This document shows positions 52,843 to 64,000 of a stretch of 64,000 bases of DNA, one piece after another. The notes beneath the pieces were generated by a model. The model did not search any database, had not been told where the DNA came from, and saw only the letters and a list, made by a program, of their open reading frames with translations. The stretch is from contig JBHGNT010000118.1 of NCBI GenBank assembly GCA_043228905.1, positions 1 to 64,000 on the forward strand, read 5' to 3'. Positions within the stretch are counted from its first letter, which is position 1; each line of letters begins with the position of its first letter. The stretch is from Azolla caroliniana. Lineage: Eukaryota > Plantae > Polypodiophyta. A program made the position numbers and the translations under genes.

Positions 52843-54310
52843 GCGGATGACTTGAAAGCCAAAGAGAGATAAAGAATTCAAAGAGAACGACGCGAGAGCT
52901 CTTGCTTATTTCTCCATGTTAATCTACTCGAGAAGCCATGGAAACGTTGTAAACAAGGTCGAGGTTAGCAAATGGAGCGTGAACAACCCGAGCATGAGCA
53001 CGGCGGGTGGCCTCGTTAAGTAGTATGGATGTTCCTACCTACTCGGCGCACGTCAATGTGTCTGCCTCGTTCGTTCTTGCTACGGACTTGGAGCGGGAGA
53101 ACACCCTCTTGTGGGCAACGCGAGAGAGAGGGCGACCTGATTATTCTTGAGCATGGCGACATACCACATTGGCTCGCTAGGAAACCGTCTTCCTCACCTT
53201 GGCGCGTCGAGGCCTTGTGTCACCCGTTGGACTCGGGTCGCCGCTTCTATGGTTGCACCGAACTGGGAAAATGATCGACGATAGTTTCACACCAGTTTCC
53301 GTTCCCTTTCGGGAACCCTCAAACGCTATATGGTACGTGCCACAAACCTCGGGAAGCGACCCCCCCTCGAAACTAGGTCATACGGCCTCCAGCCCGATGA
53401 CGTGCGGACGTGGAAGGTTTGTCGACTAGCAAACAACCCGAGCCTTGCAGCATTCCGAGAACGTTGTCATTCGTTACAGCGAGGACCTTCCTGTTTCTTC
53501 TCCGTTGACGTTGCATTGGAAAGGAAAGGGGAACAAGAGAACGCATTTCAACCGTTTTGTTTTGATCAGGGGTTGTTGGTGCGCGTCATTTGGCTCACGC
53601 TAAATCTCAAAGGCTGCAGCTAGAGTTTTGACGATGTTAAAAGGTGGTTACGTATCCCACCGATCTATGGCTTTGTTCGGTAAAACCTGCAAGGCGAGAC
53701 GATGTTGCCAGGATGTTTGGTCGGGAAGACGAGTCCGCAACCTTGGATGGATTGGTAGATGGAGGGTAAATTGCACCAACATTGTCAACGGTAAGTTCTA
53801 ACGTGTTGCATTGAACGTCGTGCCGTAACGGCTCCCGTCGAAAGCAAAAGAAAGACGTGAAAGAGAGCATCAAGTCTGATGCGCGGTTGCGGGGAATGTT
53901 GCAGCGTGGTTGGAATTCTCAATTGCGGTTTCCGTCCAAGGTGCTCATACGTACAACCGTAATGCGTGGTCTTCCTCTGCGTTATTCCAGGTGACACGAG
54001 TCTCGAGTAAGCGTCGGTCATTCCCAAGAACTTGAACCGCAGATTTGACCAGTAAGCGAGCAGATACCTATTACATCCGACTTTGACGTGATCGCCAAAT
54101 GTATTCGGAAGCCCCAAGTAAGGCACCGTCATGGCAGTCACTTCGCAGGCTCATTCCTCTTAACCTTCCACACGTGCGCGGTTAGCAATCCCTAAAGAAC
54201 TCCTCGAACGAAGCTCGGGCGGTAACGTCTTGAATAAGGACCCACGCAAGGAGGCGAGGGAAACAAGATCGTAGCGGTGGTTTTGACGTACAGCTAATTC
54301 AACCGCGCGG

Positions 54311-54382
54311 TATCAGAGCGAGGTTTCGATCCTCGGACCTGTGGGTTATGGGCCCACCACGCTTCCGCTGCGCCACTCTGAT
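54311..54382 (-). tRNA. tRNA-iMet: Initiator tRNA-Met (CAT), copy 36 (terminal unit)
   Basis: Same sequence as copy 1. Confidence 0.97.
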
Positions 54383-55160
54383 GCGGATGACTTGAAAGCC
54401 AAAGAGAGATAAAGAATTCAAAGAGAACGACGCGAGAGCTCTTGCTTATTTCTCCATGTTAATCTACTCGAGAAGCCATGGAAACGTTGTAAACAAGGTC
54501 GAGGTTAGCAAATGGAGCGTGAACAACCCGAGCATGAGCACGGCGGGTGGCCTCGTTAAGTAGTATGGATGTTCCTACCTACTCGGCGCACGTCAATGTG
54601 TCTGCCTCGTTCGTTCTTGCTACGGACTTGGAGCGGGAGAACACCCTCTTGTGGGCAACGCGAGAGAGAGGGCGACCTGATTATTCTTGAGCATGGCGAC
54701 ATACCACATTGGCTCGCTAGGAAACCGTCTTCCTCACCTTGGCGCGTCGAGGCCTTGTGTCACCCGTTGGACTCGGGTCGCCGCTTCTATGGTTGCACCG
54801 AACTGGGAAAATGATCGACGATAGTTTCACACCAGTTTCCGTTCCCTTTCGGGAACCCTCAAACGCTATATGGTACGTGCCACAAACCTCGGGAAGCGAC
54901 CCCCCCCTCGAAACTAGGTCATACGGCCTCCAGCCCGATGACGTGCGGACGTGGAAGGTTTGTCGACTAGCAAACAACCCGAGCCTTGCAGCATTCCGAG
55001 AACGTTGTCATTCGTTACAGCGAGGACCTTCTTGTTTCTTCTCCGTTGACGTTGCATTGGAAAGGAAAGGGGAACAAGAGAACGCATTTCAACCGTTTTG
55101 TTTTGATCAGGGGTTGTTGGTGCGCATCATTTGGCTCACGCTAAATCTCAAAGGCTGCAG

Positions 55161-55198
55161 CTATGGGTTAATTAGGTAATTAACTATGGGTTAATTAG
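55161..55198. repeat. 15-bp direct repeat CTATGGGTTAATTAG at the array junction
   Basis: Copies at 55161-55175 and 55184-55198; the first CTA is shared with the end of the array. Confidence 0.9.
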
Positions 55199-56102
55199 TA
55201 TCTGTTTATATGAGTAGTTAATCATGTATGCAACGGAAGACTAAATGATATGTGTGTGTATGTGAGAGGAAGTAGGAATTACACTTGTGAACAATTAAAC
55301 AATGGAGGATGACTAACAAGAGAGTAACTTTAGAACTGTTTTTGATAATAGACGACATCAAGTTACAAAAGTACCCAGGACAAGGTATATATACATCTAA
55401 TGTGTAAGGGTGCAAATGTGAGTAGAGAATATAGGTAGAAGGTGCAAGTCCTATATTAAATGAGTTTGGTAGTGGGATATATAGAATGTTTTATACTTAA
55501 GAACGAAGTACGAAATCCTATTTAAGACTTAATAGTGGATACACTAACTAGATTCTATTTATGCAACCAATAAGTTATATGACCGAGAAAATAAGTAAAC
55601 CTCGTTGGAGTGTGATATCTCAACACTATCAATCAAACCTAAATGGGTTCTCTTAAAACACAAACATTCGAACTTACTAATAAGAAGTTTTTGAGGTTCA
55701 ATACCAATAACATTGGGGTCAAGGTAGAAAGTCATTGTTTCTACCAATAGAACATGAACAAGTTATCTTGGAACACAAAGCATCCGACCCCATAATACGA
55801 AGCTTTTATGATATGGTACCATTGGAAGCTCTTTCGGTATGAATGGCAGGTGAGTAGATTCTAAGATATGGAACTGAGGGGGCTCTATTTTGGTCAAAAT
55901 GTTCTTCTTTAAAACCTAAACTCAGGTGCGAAAAAGCACTAGGAGATTTTTTGCTTCCTCCTTCAAATGTGAAAGCGCCCGGGTGTTTTTGAATTCACAT
56001 TTTTCCCTCCCAAAATCGAATGCAAATCGTGTGTTTCTTCTTAGAGCCCCGTGCTCCGTTAGATCTCCCCCTTGATCGGACGACACAGATGGAAGTCATC
56101 CA

Positions 56103-56193
56103 GGATCGATCCGGACTAATTTAAATTGACACCGTCCGATCTGATCGTTCGCATCGGACCGTTGACAGATGCTCCAGGAGCCTTTATATATAA
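56103..56193 (+). promoter_or_regulatory. H4-1 promoter: GGATCGATCCG, ACCGTCCGAT, TGATCGTTC motifs and TATA box
   Basis: Motifs at 56103-56113, 56131-56140 and 56142-56150 recur upstream of the second H4 gene. TATATATAA at 56185-56193. Confidence 0.75.
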
Positions 56194-56279
56194 TCGCAAA
56201 CAGAGGTGCTGTTATTCATCTTCTTCATCTTTTGAGTTGTTTATCTGTCTGTAGTTCATAAAGGTTATATCTGTGTTGA

Positions 56280-56609
<330 letters not shown>

Positions 56610-56643
56610 ACAGTTTTGTCTATATATTCCATCTGTCTTTACT

Positions 56644-56663
56644 GGTGTTTTTTAACACCACCA
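56644..56663 (+). promoter_or_regulatory. Histone 3' UTR stem-loop, H4-1
   Basis: GGTGTT-TTTT-AACACC followed by ACCA; 6-bp stem and 4-nt loop, 34 nt after the stop codon. Confidence 0.85.
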
Positions 56664-57653
56664 TTGTTCTGTGATTCTGTTCTCATTTGCATTCACTTAG
56701 TTTGATACTGGCTGGGTTGATCTTTCTCTGATTTCATTACTGTGGTTTAAATTATGGCCTATCCAATTTTCGGTAATGTGATTTAAATTATGATATTTTA
56801 TCTGCTTAATCTGTATGAACCGAAAAAGGATAGTGTATTGTTGAGGGTAATATATGGATGTAATGATCTGATCTAATGTTGAAAACTTTGTGGTCCTGCG
56901 CTGTGTTATGATTTCTAATCACAGTATAGCTCTTCTTTCTTTAATCTTCGTGTTTTTTGAGTTGGAACATTCTTTCTATTACCGTATTATCACTGGAATT
57001 AAGAAATCTGCGCATGAGAATAGTGACATGGTGACTGACATCTGCGTTTTGATCCTGGGCAAATATCAGGCGTAGGACTACGTATCATCACTTTGCTTTT
57101 AGAAGTCATTCTGAATTTGCGAAACATTTGCTGTCTCATGATTCCGTTGTTTATTCTTATCCGCTGTGGCATCGGAGATTTGGATTGGATACCTGCATTC
57201 ATGTGCTAATGCAGTATACCAGTAAACATTTGGTGGATTGGTTTGTGATGTTAAGTCAAGAATGGAGGAATGGTTAGCATTAACCTGTAATAGTCATTTC
57301 TTTTTTGCTAACCCGAATATTTTTGCAATTTATAAACACGGGCAGATTGATTACGATGAAAGATTAAGCTTTATTCTATTCCGAACTATTGGTATATGAA
57401 TACTATCATCAAACATTTAGGGGCATGGCTTCGTGCAGAGAGTTTCAGCTCTCCCAGCAGTATAATTCATGTCTGTAGATGGGACACATAAATGGGATAA
57501 CGAATTCGATGGATTCCTGTTATATATTCAATTCTCTGGGAATGGGAATTGCTGTACACGAATGGGGACAGATCCTATGGAATGGCATTCATTAGGTCAC
57601 TATAAGGAAGCAGTAGTTGAATACCATCATAATATGAAAGGACATCTTTCCAC

Positions 57654-57724
57654 ACAAGACCAAGACTACCCAAGACCGAGACTAAATCTAAAAGACTAAG
57701 ACTAAGACCAAGACCAAGACCAAT
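57654..57724. repeat. Degenerate hexamer repeat (CCAAGA/CTAAGA)n
   Basis: caagaccaagactacccaagaccgagactaaatctaaaagactaagactaagaccaagaccaagaccaat. Confidence 0.8.
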
Positions 57725-57813
57725 GGCAAGAGTTTTAAGTAAAGACATTTCTGTGGTAGGGAAAAGACTCAATCATGTGACAAACAAGGTATAGAGAAGG
57801 GAACTTGATTTTG

Positions 57814-58150
57814 TAGGCATCAATGATCAACTCCACAAGGAGAGACATGGGGGGATTGGTCACGCGGACACAAAGTAATGAACTAAAGAAGATGACACAT
57901 TCTTGTTGATAGGCACATTAAAGCATTGGTGACCCGTGACCACTTGAATTGGTATGGAATCATTGACTTGTTTGTATTGGTGGGTGCATTGAAGCATTGA
58001 CAATGGACATCATAGGCCTCAATGATGCATTCCGTAGGGAGAGATATTGGAGGTGGGGCATGTGCACACAAGTCACGACGAGAAGAAGATGATGCATTTG
58101 GATTCATCGGTGCACAGAAGCATTGGTGACCCAGGACTCGAGGACCTTGA
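57814..58150. repeat. Old, diverged ~198-bp tandem duplication
   Basis: TAGGCATCAATGAT (57814) vs TAGGCCTCAATGAT (58013); AAGCATTGGTGACCC at 57921 and 58118; GGAGAGA and AAGAAGATGA lie collinear between them. Confidence 0.7.
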
Positions 58151-58740
58151 AGAAAAAGACAAATTTGTAACAACAATCACGGTTTTGATTAGATGCCAAT
58201 GGTAATGGTAGCTATTGCCAAGGATACTTATACCTGTCGAGCGCTTTGCAAATATATTGAAACATCATAGAATTTTCTATTTCTAGGAAAAACTTGGAAG
58301 TACCCAAACCTTGAAAAATTGCAAGCATATACATCCCTTGCATTCTCCCCAAAGCTTTGAAATGGTCCAAAGTATGTATGAGCATGCACAAATATGCCAT
58401 CAGCCAAAGTTTTGGAATAGGCCATAGTACATACGAATGAGCACACAAACGGTTGGGCAAGCCGATTATCCCCATGGTGTTTGCTTAGACGAGAACTCCT
58501 TCTGTAATGAAAGAAGAACGGTGATGTAATAGTACACAACCATTTAATCACATGCAATCGTTGACGAGTTCAGGTGACGAAGATATGAAGTAAATCTCGT
58601 TTCTAGATCGATGCAAAAGTCTTGAGATGTGATATGTAAAATTTGTAATGGTTGGTTCAAGTCCATGATTCTGGTCTCGTTTGCCTCTACAAATGTGGCG
58701 ATCAACTACACTTGGAACCAATATCTCTATGAGAGGAATT

Positions 58741-58773
58741 GGGAGGGGGCGGGGGGGGGGGGGGGGTATGGGG
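58741..58773 (+). repeat. G-rich tract containing G16
   Basis: gggagggggc, G16 (58751-58766), tatgggg. Confidence 0.9.
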
Positions 58774-58857
58774 TGCAATTTGTTTAAACCCTGCAAAACG
58801 TACCAATGCCATTCAATATGTATTAAAGAAGACGAAGAAGAAAAACCCCATTGTTTT

Positions 58858-58993
58858 CTTCTTCTTCTTCTTCTTCTTTGGATTTGAAGAAGTGGGAGTG
58901 AGAGAGAAAGAAAGAAAGAAATATTAGAGAGAGATAGAGTCTCCATTCATTCTAAAACAACTTTGAAGAAGAAAAGAAGAAGAAGAAGAAGAA
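58858..58993. repeat. (CTT)n and (GAA)n microsatellites with a GA-rich stretch between them
   Basis: (CTT)7 from 58858; (GAA)n at about 58966-58993. Confidence 0.85.
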
Positions 58994-59030
58994 GGAAGAG
59001 AATGAAACACCTCTTCGCGAGTGATCTTGG

Positions 59031-59211
59031 ACCGTCCGATGGGCATCGGCTCTCATTTTGTTCGATCACACGGCAGGCAGGCTAATGAATGGAAAAGGAG
59101 GGCGGATCGATCCGAGACAAAAGATATGTCCACCGTTGGATCATGTCCTGATGGAGGCTAGAAGAAAGGACGGTCCAGATTGATCGTTCCAGGCGACACC
59201 ACTGTATAAAT
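59031..59211 (+). promoter_or_regulatory. H4-2 promoter: ACCGTCCGAT, CGGATCGATCCG palindrome, nonamer-like CCGTTGGATC, TGATCGTTC, TATA box
   Basis: Motifs at 59031-59040, 59103-59114, about 59133-59142 and 59181-59189. TATAAAT at 59205-59211. GGCGGATC resembles the plant histone octamer CGCGGATC. Confidence 0.75.
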
Positions 59212-59271
59212 TCTAAAAGAAGGAGAGGCAGGAAACAGAAAACACACAGAGAAAGCTCGCCATCGCCATAG

Positions 59272-59640
<369 letters not shown>

Positions 59641-59681
59641 TCTGGTTCCTACCATCTACTGTTGTTCCCCTACTGTTCTTT

Positions 59682-59701
59682 GGTGTTTTTCAACACCACC
59701 A
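59682..59701 (+). promoter_or_regulatory. Histone 3' UTR stem-loop, H4-2
   Basis: GGTGTT-TTTC-AACACC followed by ACCA, 41 nt after the stop codon; the UUUC loop matches the canonical histone stem-loop. Confidence 0.87.
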
Positions 59702-60865
59702 ATGATGTGCGATTCTGTTCACTCTGTGCTAGGCTGACTTAAAGGGCTGTTTATGTGCAAAACAGAGAGTGAAATTCTGTCTATGTATATATGTATATGT
59801 TTTCTTGTCTGTCTGTCCATCTGTATGCGATGGTTTGCTGCGGATTTGTTTATACATTTGCGTCTGGAAAACATGTAAGGAGCCTGGCAAATGTTTTGCC
59901 TGTAAGATATGGAAGGGTTGGTTGTAACGTAAATCGCTCAATTGATCTTGATGTGGATTGAGGTTTCTAATCTTCATGTTCTGATTTGGTAATACCTTGA
60001 TATTACAGGTTTTAAAATGCCATGTATCTCGATCTTCATACTAATCTCTCCCAAGGACTAGACTGTTTTGTTACCTCAGTCTCTCTTCAAGAAAGAGCAC
60101 ATTGTTACTGCAAATCTCTTTTACAGCTTGTGTTGCTACAATTCCTCTTTGAATACCAAGTTTTTGATTTAGCTATATTTCCATTAATGGCACACATATT
60201 TGGCAAACGTTCACATCGGGAAGGGCATGTGCTTAAATCAAACACCTCTGCTTAACAGATCATACTTGTTAGTTGTTTCCAACCTTTCTTTGATAGGAAA
60301 ACACTTGGTACAATCTCTCCATACGAGTGGTCATAAGGATACTCAGATTATATCACTACATGTGGGGCTGCGTATACGGTATGAACTGAATACATCTACC
60401 TTTCTGAAGATATAGGATGTATGATGAAACAACGTAAAGTTAAAACTAGTTGCAAACGTAATGAAATCCACTTTTATACTCGCTATGCTGATTTGTTCTT
60501 GGTGTTCTGCTCTGATGACATTGTCAGATCTAAGGCATAGAATTTGCAGAGGATGTGTTCCACTTTATACTTCACGGGAATTCTCTTTAAAAGCGGCCAC
60601 AGTATTGCTTTAATGTCTCCTTGAGGACTGTACATTACTGCAATTTCTCTCGTTAATGCTACTTTAGTGGAGTGAGGATAACGTTACTTTAATCTCTCCT
60701 GTGTAAATTACGCGTACAGTATCCTCTTTTGATGTGTAGACAAGCGAAACCTAAACACCAAAAGGTTTGTCTATTAAAAGTCTGGGGGCAGGGAAATCTG
60801 TTGCCTTTGAAATTCGAGACTTTTGAAGGCACATTTGTATGGACGATAATGAGAGTGTATGATTT

Positions 60866-61246
60866 ATCATGATTACATAAGATCTAACAATTGAGTATGA
60901 ATCATCTACACTAATCATGATTACATTTGATCCAACAATTGAGTATGAATCATCTACACTCATCATGATTACATTTGATCTAACAAATGAGTATGAATTA
61001 TCTACACTCATCATGATTACATTTGATCCAACAATTGAGTATGAATCATCTACACTCATCTTGATTACATTTGATCCAACAATTGAGTATGAATCATCTA
61101 CACTCATCTTGATTACATTTGATCCAACAATTGAGTATGAATCATCTACACTCATCATGATTACATTTGATCCAACAATTGAGTATGAATCATCTACACT
61201 CACCATGATTACATTTGATCTAACAATTGAGTATGAATCATCTACA
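60866..61246. repeat. 48-bp minisatellite, about 8 copies
   Basis: Consensus ATCATGATTACATTTGATCCAACAATTGAGTATGAATCATCTACACTC; shows as a 16-aa period in ORFs on both strands. Confidence 0.97.
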
Positions 61247-61429
61247 AAATGCAAGAGTTGAGAGATAGTTAATCAGAGAGGAATTTGTTAAATCGAATTC
61301 CTCATATGACCCAAGGGACATGAAAGTAGTTCTAAGAAAAATGGAGGCAATATGCATATCTTTGTAATATATTGGAGTAAGAAGCATGGTTTCATAATGT
61401 CTCCCTGCATTATTCTCCTTTCTGAATGC

Positions 61430-61436
<7 letters not shown>

Positions 61437-61490
<54 letters not shown>

Positions 61491-61506
61491 GAGAGAGAGA
61501 AAGAGA
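61437..61506. repeat. (GA)n microsatellite upstream of the PPR gene
   Basis: Long GA dinucleotide run with a few AAA interruptions. Confidence 0.95.
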
Positions 61507-61666
61507 ACAAACAGAAGTATTTTCTCTTCAGGTCACCTGGACCTTAGAAGAAGTAATGGGGTGAAAGGGTTTGAAATTTAAGGGTTATTATTTAGGATTT
61601 AGGGTTAGCATTTTATGGCTTAGGGTTTGAGATTGACGGTTTTGCTTACGCTGCCTTGACCAGGGG

Positions 61667-63619
61667 ATGGTAGTTCTGTCTTCTGTTGAGAATCTTGCCT
61701 ATATATTAAGAAAATACTCACTAGAGCCATATAAAACCAATGGTTTTCTCCTTTCATTTTACCCTTACCTTCACCAATGTGGCAGAGCAGCTCATACATT
61801 GCTCGGAAATCAAATCATGGAAACATTTGGCCAAAATGACTTCAAAAAATTGGCCTCTCCGAATGAATTCTGGTATGATTCACTAATAACTAGTTATATA
61901 CAAAATGCGCAATGGAAAGATGCTTTTGAACTATGTGTGAAATTGCCTTTGGGTTCTCTATTACATCTAGATGAACGTGCATTTGTTTTCTTGTTGAAAG
62001 CATGTGCATCTGTAAGACAGGCAACATTTGGTTGCAGAATTCATGCTCATCTTGGTTCGAAGGAAACCAATATTTTCGTTGGAACTGCGCTTATAGACAT
62101 GTATGCTAAATGTGGTATGCTTGAAAAAACACGAGATATCTTTGATAAACTTATTGATCGAGATGTGGTCACTTGGAATGCTTTGATTTCTGGATATGCC
62201 CAGCATGCATGCGGTGAAGAAGCTCTCGAATGTTATGAAAAGATGCAAGTTCAAGGTATCTCTCCGGATTCTGTAACATTTGCTTGCACCTTGAAAGCAT
62301 GTGGAAGCATTGGAGCGAAAGTTAAAGGAGCACAAATACATGCTGATGTTGAAAGAAGAGGATTATTTGGTAATATCATCGTTGGAAATGCATTAGTAGA
62401 CATGTATGCGAAATGTGGGTCACTTACGAAAGCACAAGATGTGTTTAACATGCTTCCTTTCCGTAATGTGGTCTCATGGACAGCATTGATTGGAGGATAT
62501 GCACAATATAATCAAGGTCAAGAAGCATTGAATTGTTTCGAACAAATGAAATCACAAGGTCTCTCTCCAGATGCTATCACATATGCGTGTTGCTTGAAAG
62601 CATGTGGTAGCCTTGGTGCTCTAGACATAGGTACAGAGATGCATTCAGATATTGAAAGACAAAGGTCGTTGAAAAGAGGCCTTCTGGTTAGTAATGCACT
62701 TATTGATATGTATGCCAAGTGTGGTTTTCTTGTAAAAGCACAAGAAGTGTTTGACATGCTTCCGATTCGCGATGTAATCTCTTGGACTACATTGATTTCA
62801 GGTTATGTTCAACAAGATCAAGGAGAAGAAGCCATTGAATGTTTTGAAAAAATGAAGGTGCAAGATGTATTGCCAAATGATGTCACATTTTCATGTATAA
62901 TGAAAGCCTGTGGAGCCATTGGAGCACTAGACAAGGGCAAAGAAATACATGCTGAGATTGAACAAAAAGGGTTATTGATGAGAAGCCAACTTATTGGCAA
63001 TGCTTTGGTTGACATGTATGCCAAGTGCGGCATGCTAATAAAAGCTCGGGAAGTGTTTGAAAACCTTCCTGCTCGTGATGTGGTCTCGTGGACTGTACTA
63101 ATTACAGGATATGCTCAAGTTGGAGAGGTCAACAACGTTCTTGCCATCTTTGATAGAATGCTTGGTGAAGGTACCAAGCCAAACCTTGTTACATTTGTTG
63201 GCATACTTAATGTATGTAGCCATTCAGGTCTTATAGATATGGGGCTCTCATACATTGAAGCAATGAAGAATGAGTATGGTTTAACACCGACTCTTGAACA
63301 TCATACATGTATAGTTGATATTCTTGGACGTGCAGGGCAGATAGATAAGGCTGTGAGAGTAATGAAGAGAATGCCATCATATCCTAATATTGTTTTATGG
63401 TTGACCATACTGGGTGCTTGTAAAAAGTGGGGGAATGTGGAGCTTGGGAGCCATGCTTTTGAACAAGCATTGCTATTGGATGAAAAGGAGACGTCGGCCT
63501 ATGTTTCCATGTACAACATCTCTATTGAATTCAGCATTCAAGCCAATGCTGAAGAGGTGGAAGCAATGAGATTGACGGGAATAAAAATGGAAGCTCCAAA
63601 TATGTTGTTTGTGGATTAA
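61667..63619 (+). CDS. PLS-class pentatricopeptide repeat protein, E subgroup (putative organellar RNA-editing specificity factor)
   Basis: 650-aa ORF with repeated P-L-S triplets (GNALVDMYAKCG / DVVSWTALI.GY.Q / P..VTF.C.LKACG), then NVCSHSGL, EHHTCIVDILGRAG and E-type WLTILGACKKWGNVELG. No DYW domain in the ORF. The true start may depend on upstream splicing. Confidence 0.95.
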   Translation: MVVLSSVENLAYILRKYSLEPYKTNGFLLSFYPYLHQCGRAAHTLLGNQIMETFGQNDFKKLASPNEFWYDSLITSYIQNAQWKDAFELCVKLPLGSLLHLDERAFVFLLKACASVRQATFGCRIHAHLGSKETNIFVGTALIDMYAKCGMLEKTRDIFDKLIDRDVVTWNALISGYAQHACGEEALECYEKMQVQGISPDSVTFACTLKACGSIGAKVKGAQIHADVERRGLFGNIIVGNALVDMYAKCGSLTKAQDVFNMLPFRNVVSWTALIGGYAQYNQGQEALNCFEQMKSQGLSPDAITYACCLKACGSLGALDIGTEMHSDIERQRSLKRGLLVSNALIDMYAKCGFLVKAQEVFDMLPIRDVISWTTLISGYVQQDQGEEAIECFEKMKVQDVLPNDVTFSCIMKACGAIGALDKGKEIHAEIEQKGLLMRSQLIGNALVDMYAKCGMLIKAREVFENLPARDVVSWTVLITGYAQVGEVNNVLAIFDRMLGEGTKPNLVTFVGILNVCSHSGLIDMGLSYIEAMKNEYGLTPTLEHHTCIVDILGRAGQIDKAVRVMKRMPSYPNIVLWLTILGACKKWGNVELGSHAFEQALLLDEKETSAYVSMYNISIEFSIQANAEEVEAMRLTGIKMEAPNMLFVD

Positions 63620-64000
63620 TGAGATTTTGAATGTCTTTCAGTGGAGTGTCAGAAAAAATTATGAATCCTCACCAATACATAACAAAACTGGTTACGAGTT
63701 ACATGGTATCCCTATCCCATTCATACTTATCATAAACAAATAAAAGACACCTCATACCTTATTTGTTTAAAAAAATCAATGTAAAAAGGCAGTTTAATGC
63801 ATCTGATCTGTTGCAAGTATCAGAATAGAACTAAATCTTATTTGGCTTCGAATTTAAATGGTACTCAACCAAAATATATCTTATGGAAGTTTAAAAAAAA
63901 TTGTGAACTTGGTTTTTTTGTATATATTTAGTAACATGATATTTCCATAGAACTTGGACTAAACAGGAATACACTGCAAAATAAGATGCTTAGATAACAA

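Larger units (their letters stand above)
1..55163. repeat. Tandem array of a 1540-bp unit (about 35.8 copies in window), one tRNA-iMet gene per unit
   Basis: Sequence and ORF track recur at exact 1540-bp offsets. I could find only 7 substitution sites and one 1-bp indel. Homology stops after ...ggctgcagcta at 55163. The array runs off the left edge of the window. Confidence 0.99.

Noticed and set aside
1-55163. CRISPR array or tandem LTR/TRIM element
   Set aside because: Units are identical with no unique spacers and the DNA is eukaryotic. The primer-binding-site-like sequence is simply the 3' end of a complete tRNA gene, and I could not define TG...CA LTR boundaries.
54739-55179. 146-aa fused ORF in the terminal unit
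   Set aside because: Created by a 1-bp insertion in a C homopolymer joining two spurious ORFs; may also be a sequencing error.
55200-55950. AT-rich segment that might be a DNA-transposon remnant
   Set aside because: No terminal inverted repeats, target-site duplication or coding remnant could be defined by eye.
58548-58946. Low-complexity ORFs with poly-G/P/R/F tracts
   Set aside because: Translations of the G16 tract and the CTT/GA microsatellites.
60751-61261. Repetitive ORFs (167 aa and 114 aa) across the minisatellite
   Set aside because: A 48-bp unit is a multiple of 3, so any stop-free frame stays open. The ORFs barely extend beyond the repeat.

Overview
Land-plant nuclear DNA. The histone H4 protein is plant-type and there is a PLS-class PPR gene; the PPR style suggests a fern or other seed-free plant, which is inference. 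Positions 1-55163 are an almost perfectly homogeneous tandem array of a 1540-bp unit (about 35.8 units, open at the left edge). Each unit carries one intact minus-strand initiator tRNA-Met gene, giving 36 copies. The tRNA has an unusual G50-C64 T-stem pair and no canonical Pol III terminator for about 460 nt. The repeated short ORFs in the track are noise. The unique flank holds two intronless histone H4 genes, several simple repeats, a 48-bp minisatellite and a PPR-E gene. The most striking observation is that both H4 genes carry an animal/algal-type histone 3' stem-loop (GGTGTT-TTTY-AACACC-ACCA) followed by a conserved downstream element at identical spacing. This suggests stem-loop-directed histone mRNA 3' processing in a land plant, where it is generally considered lost.
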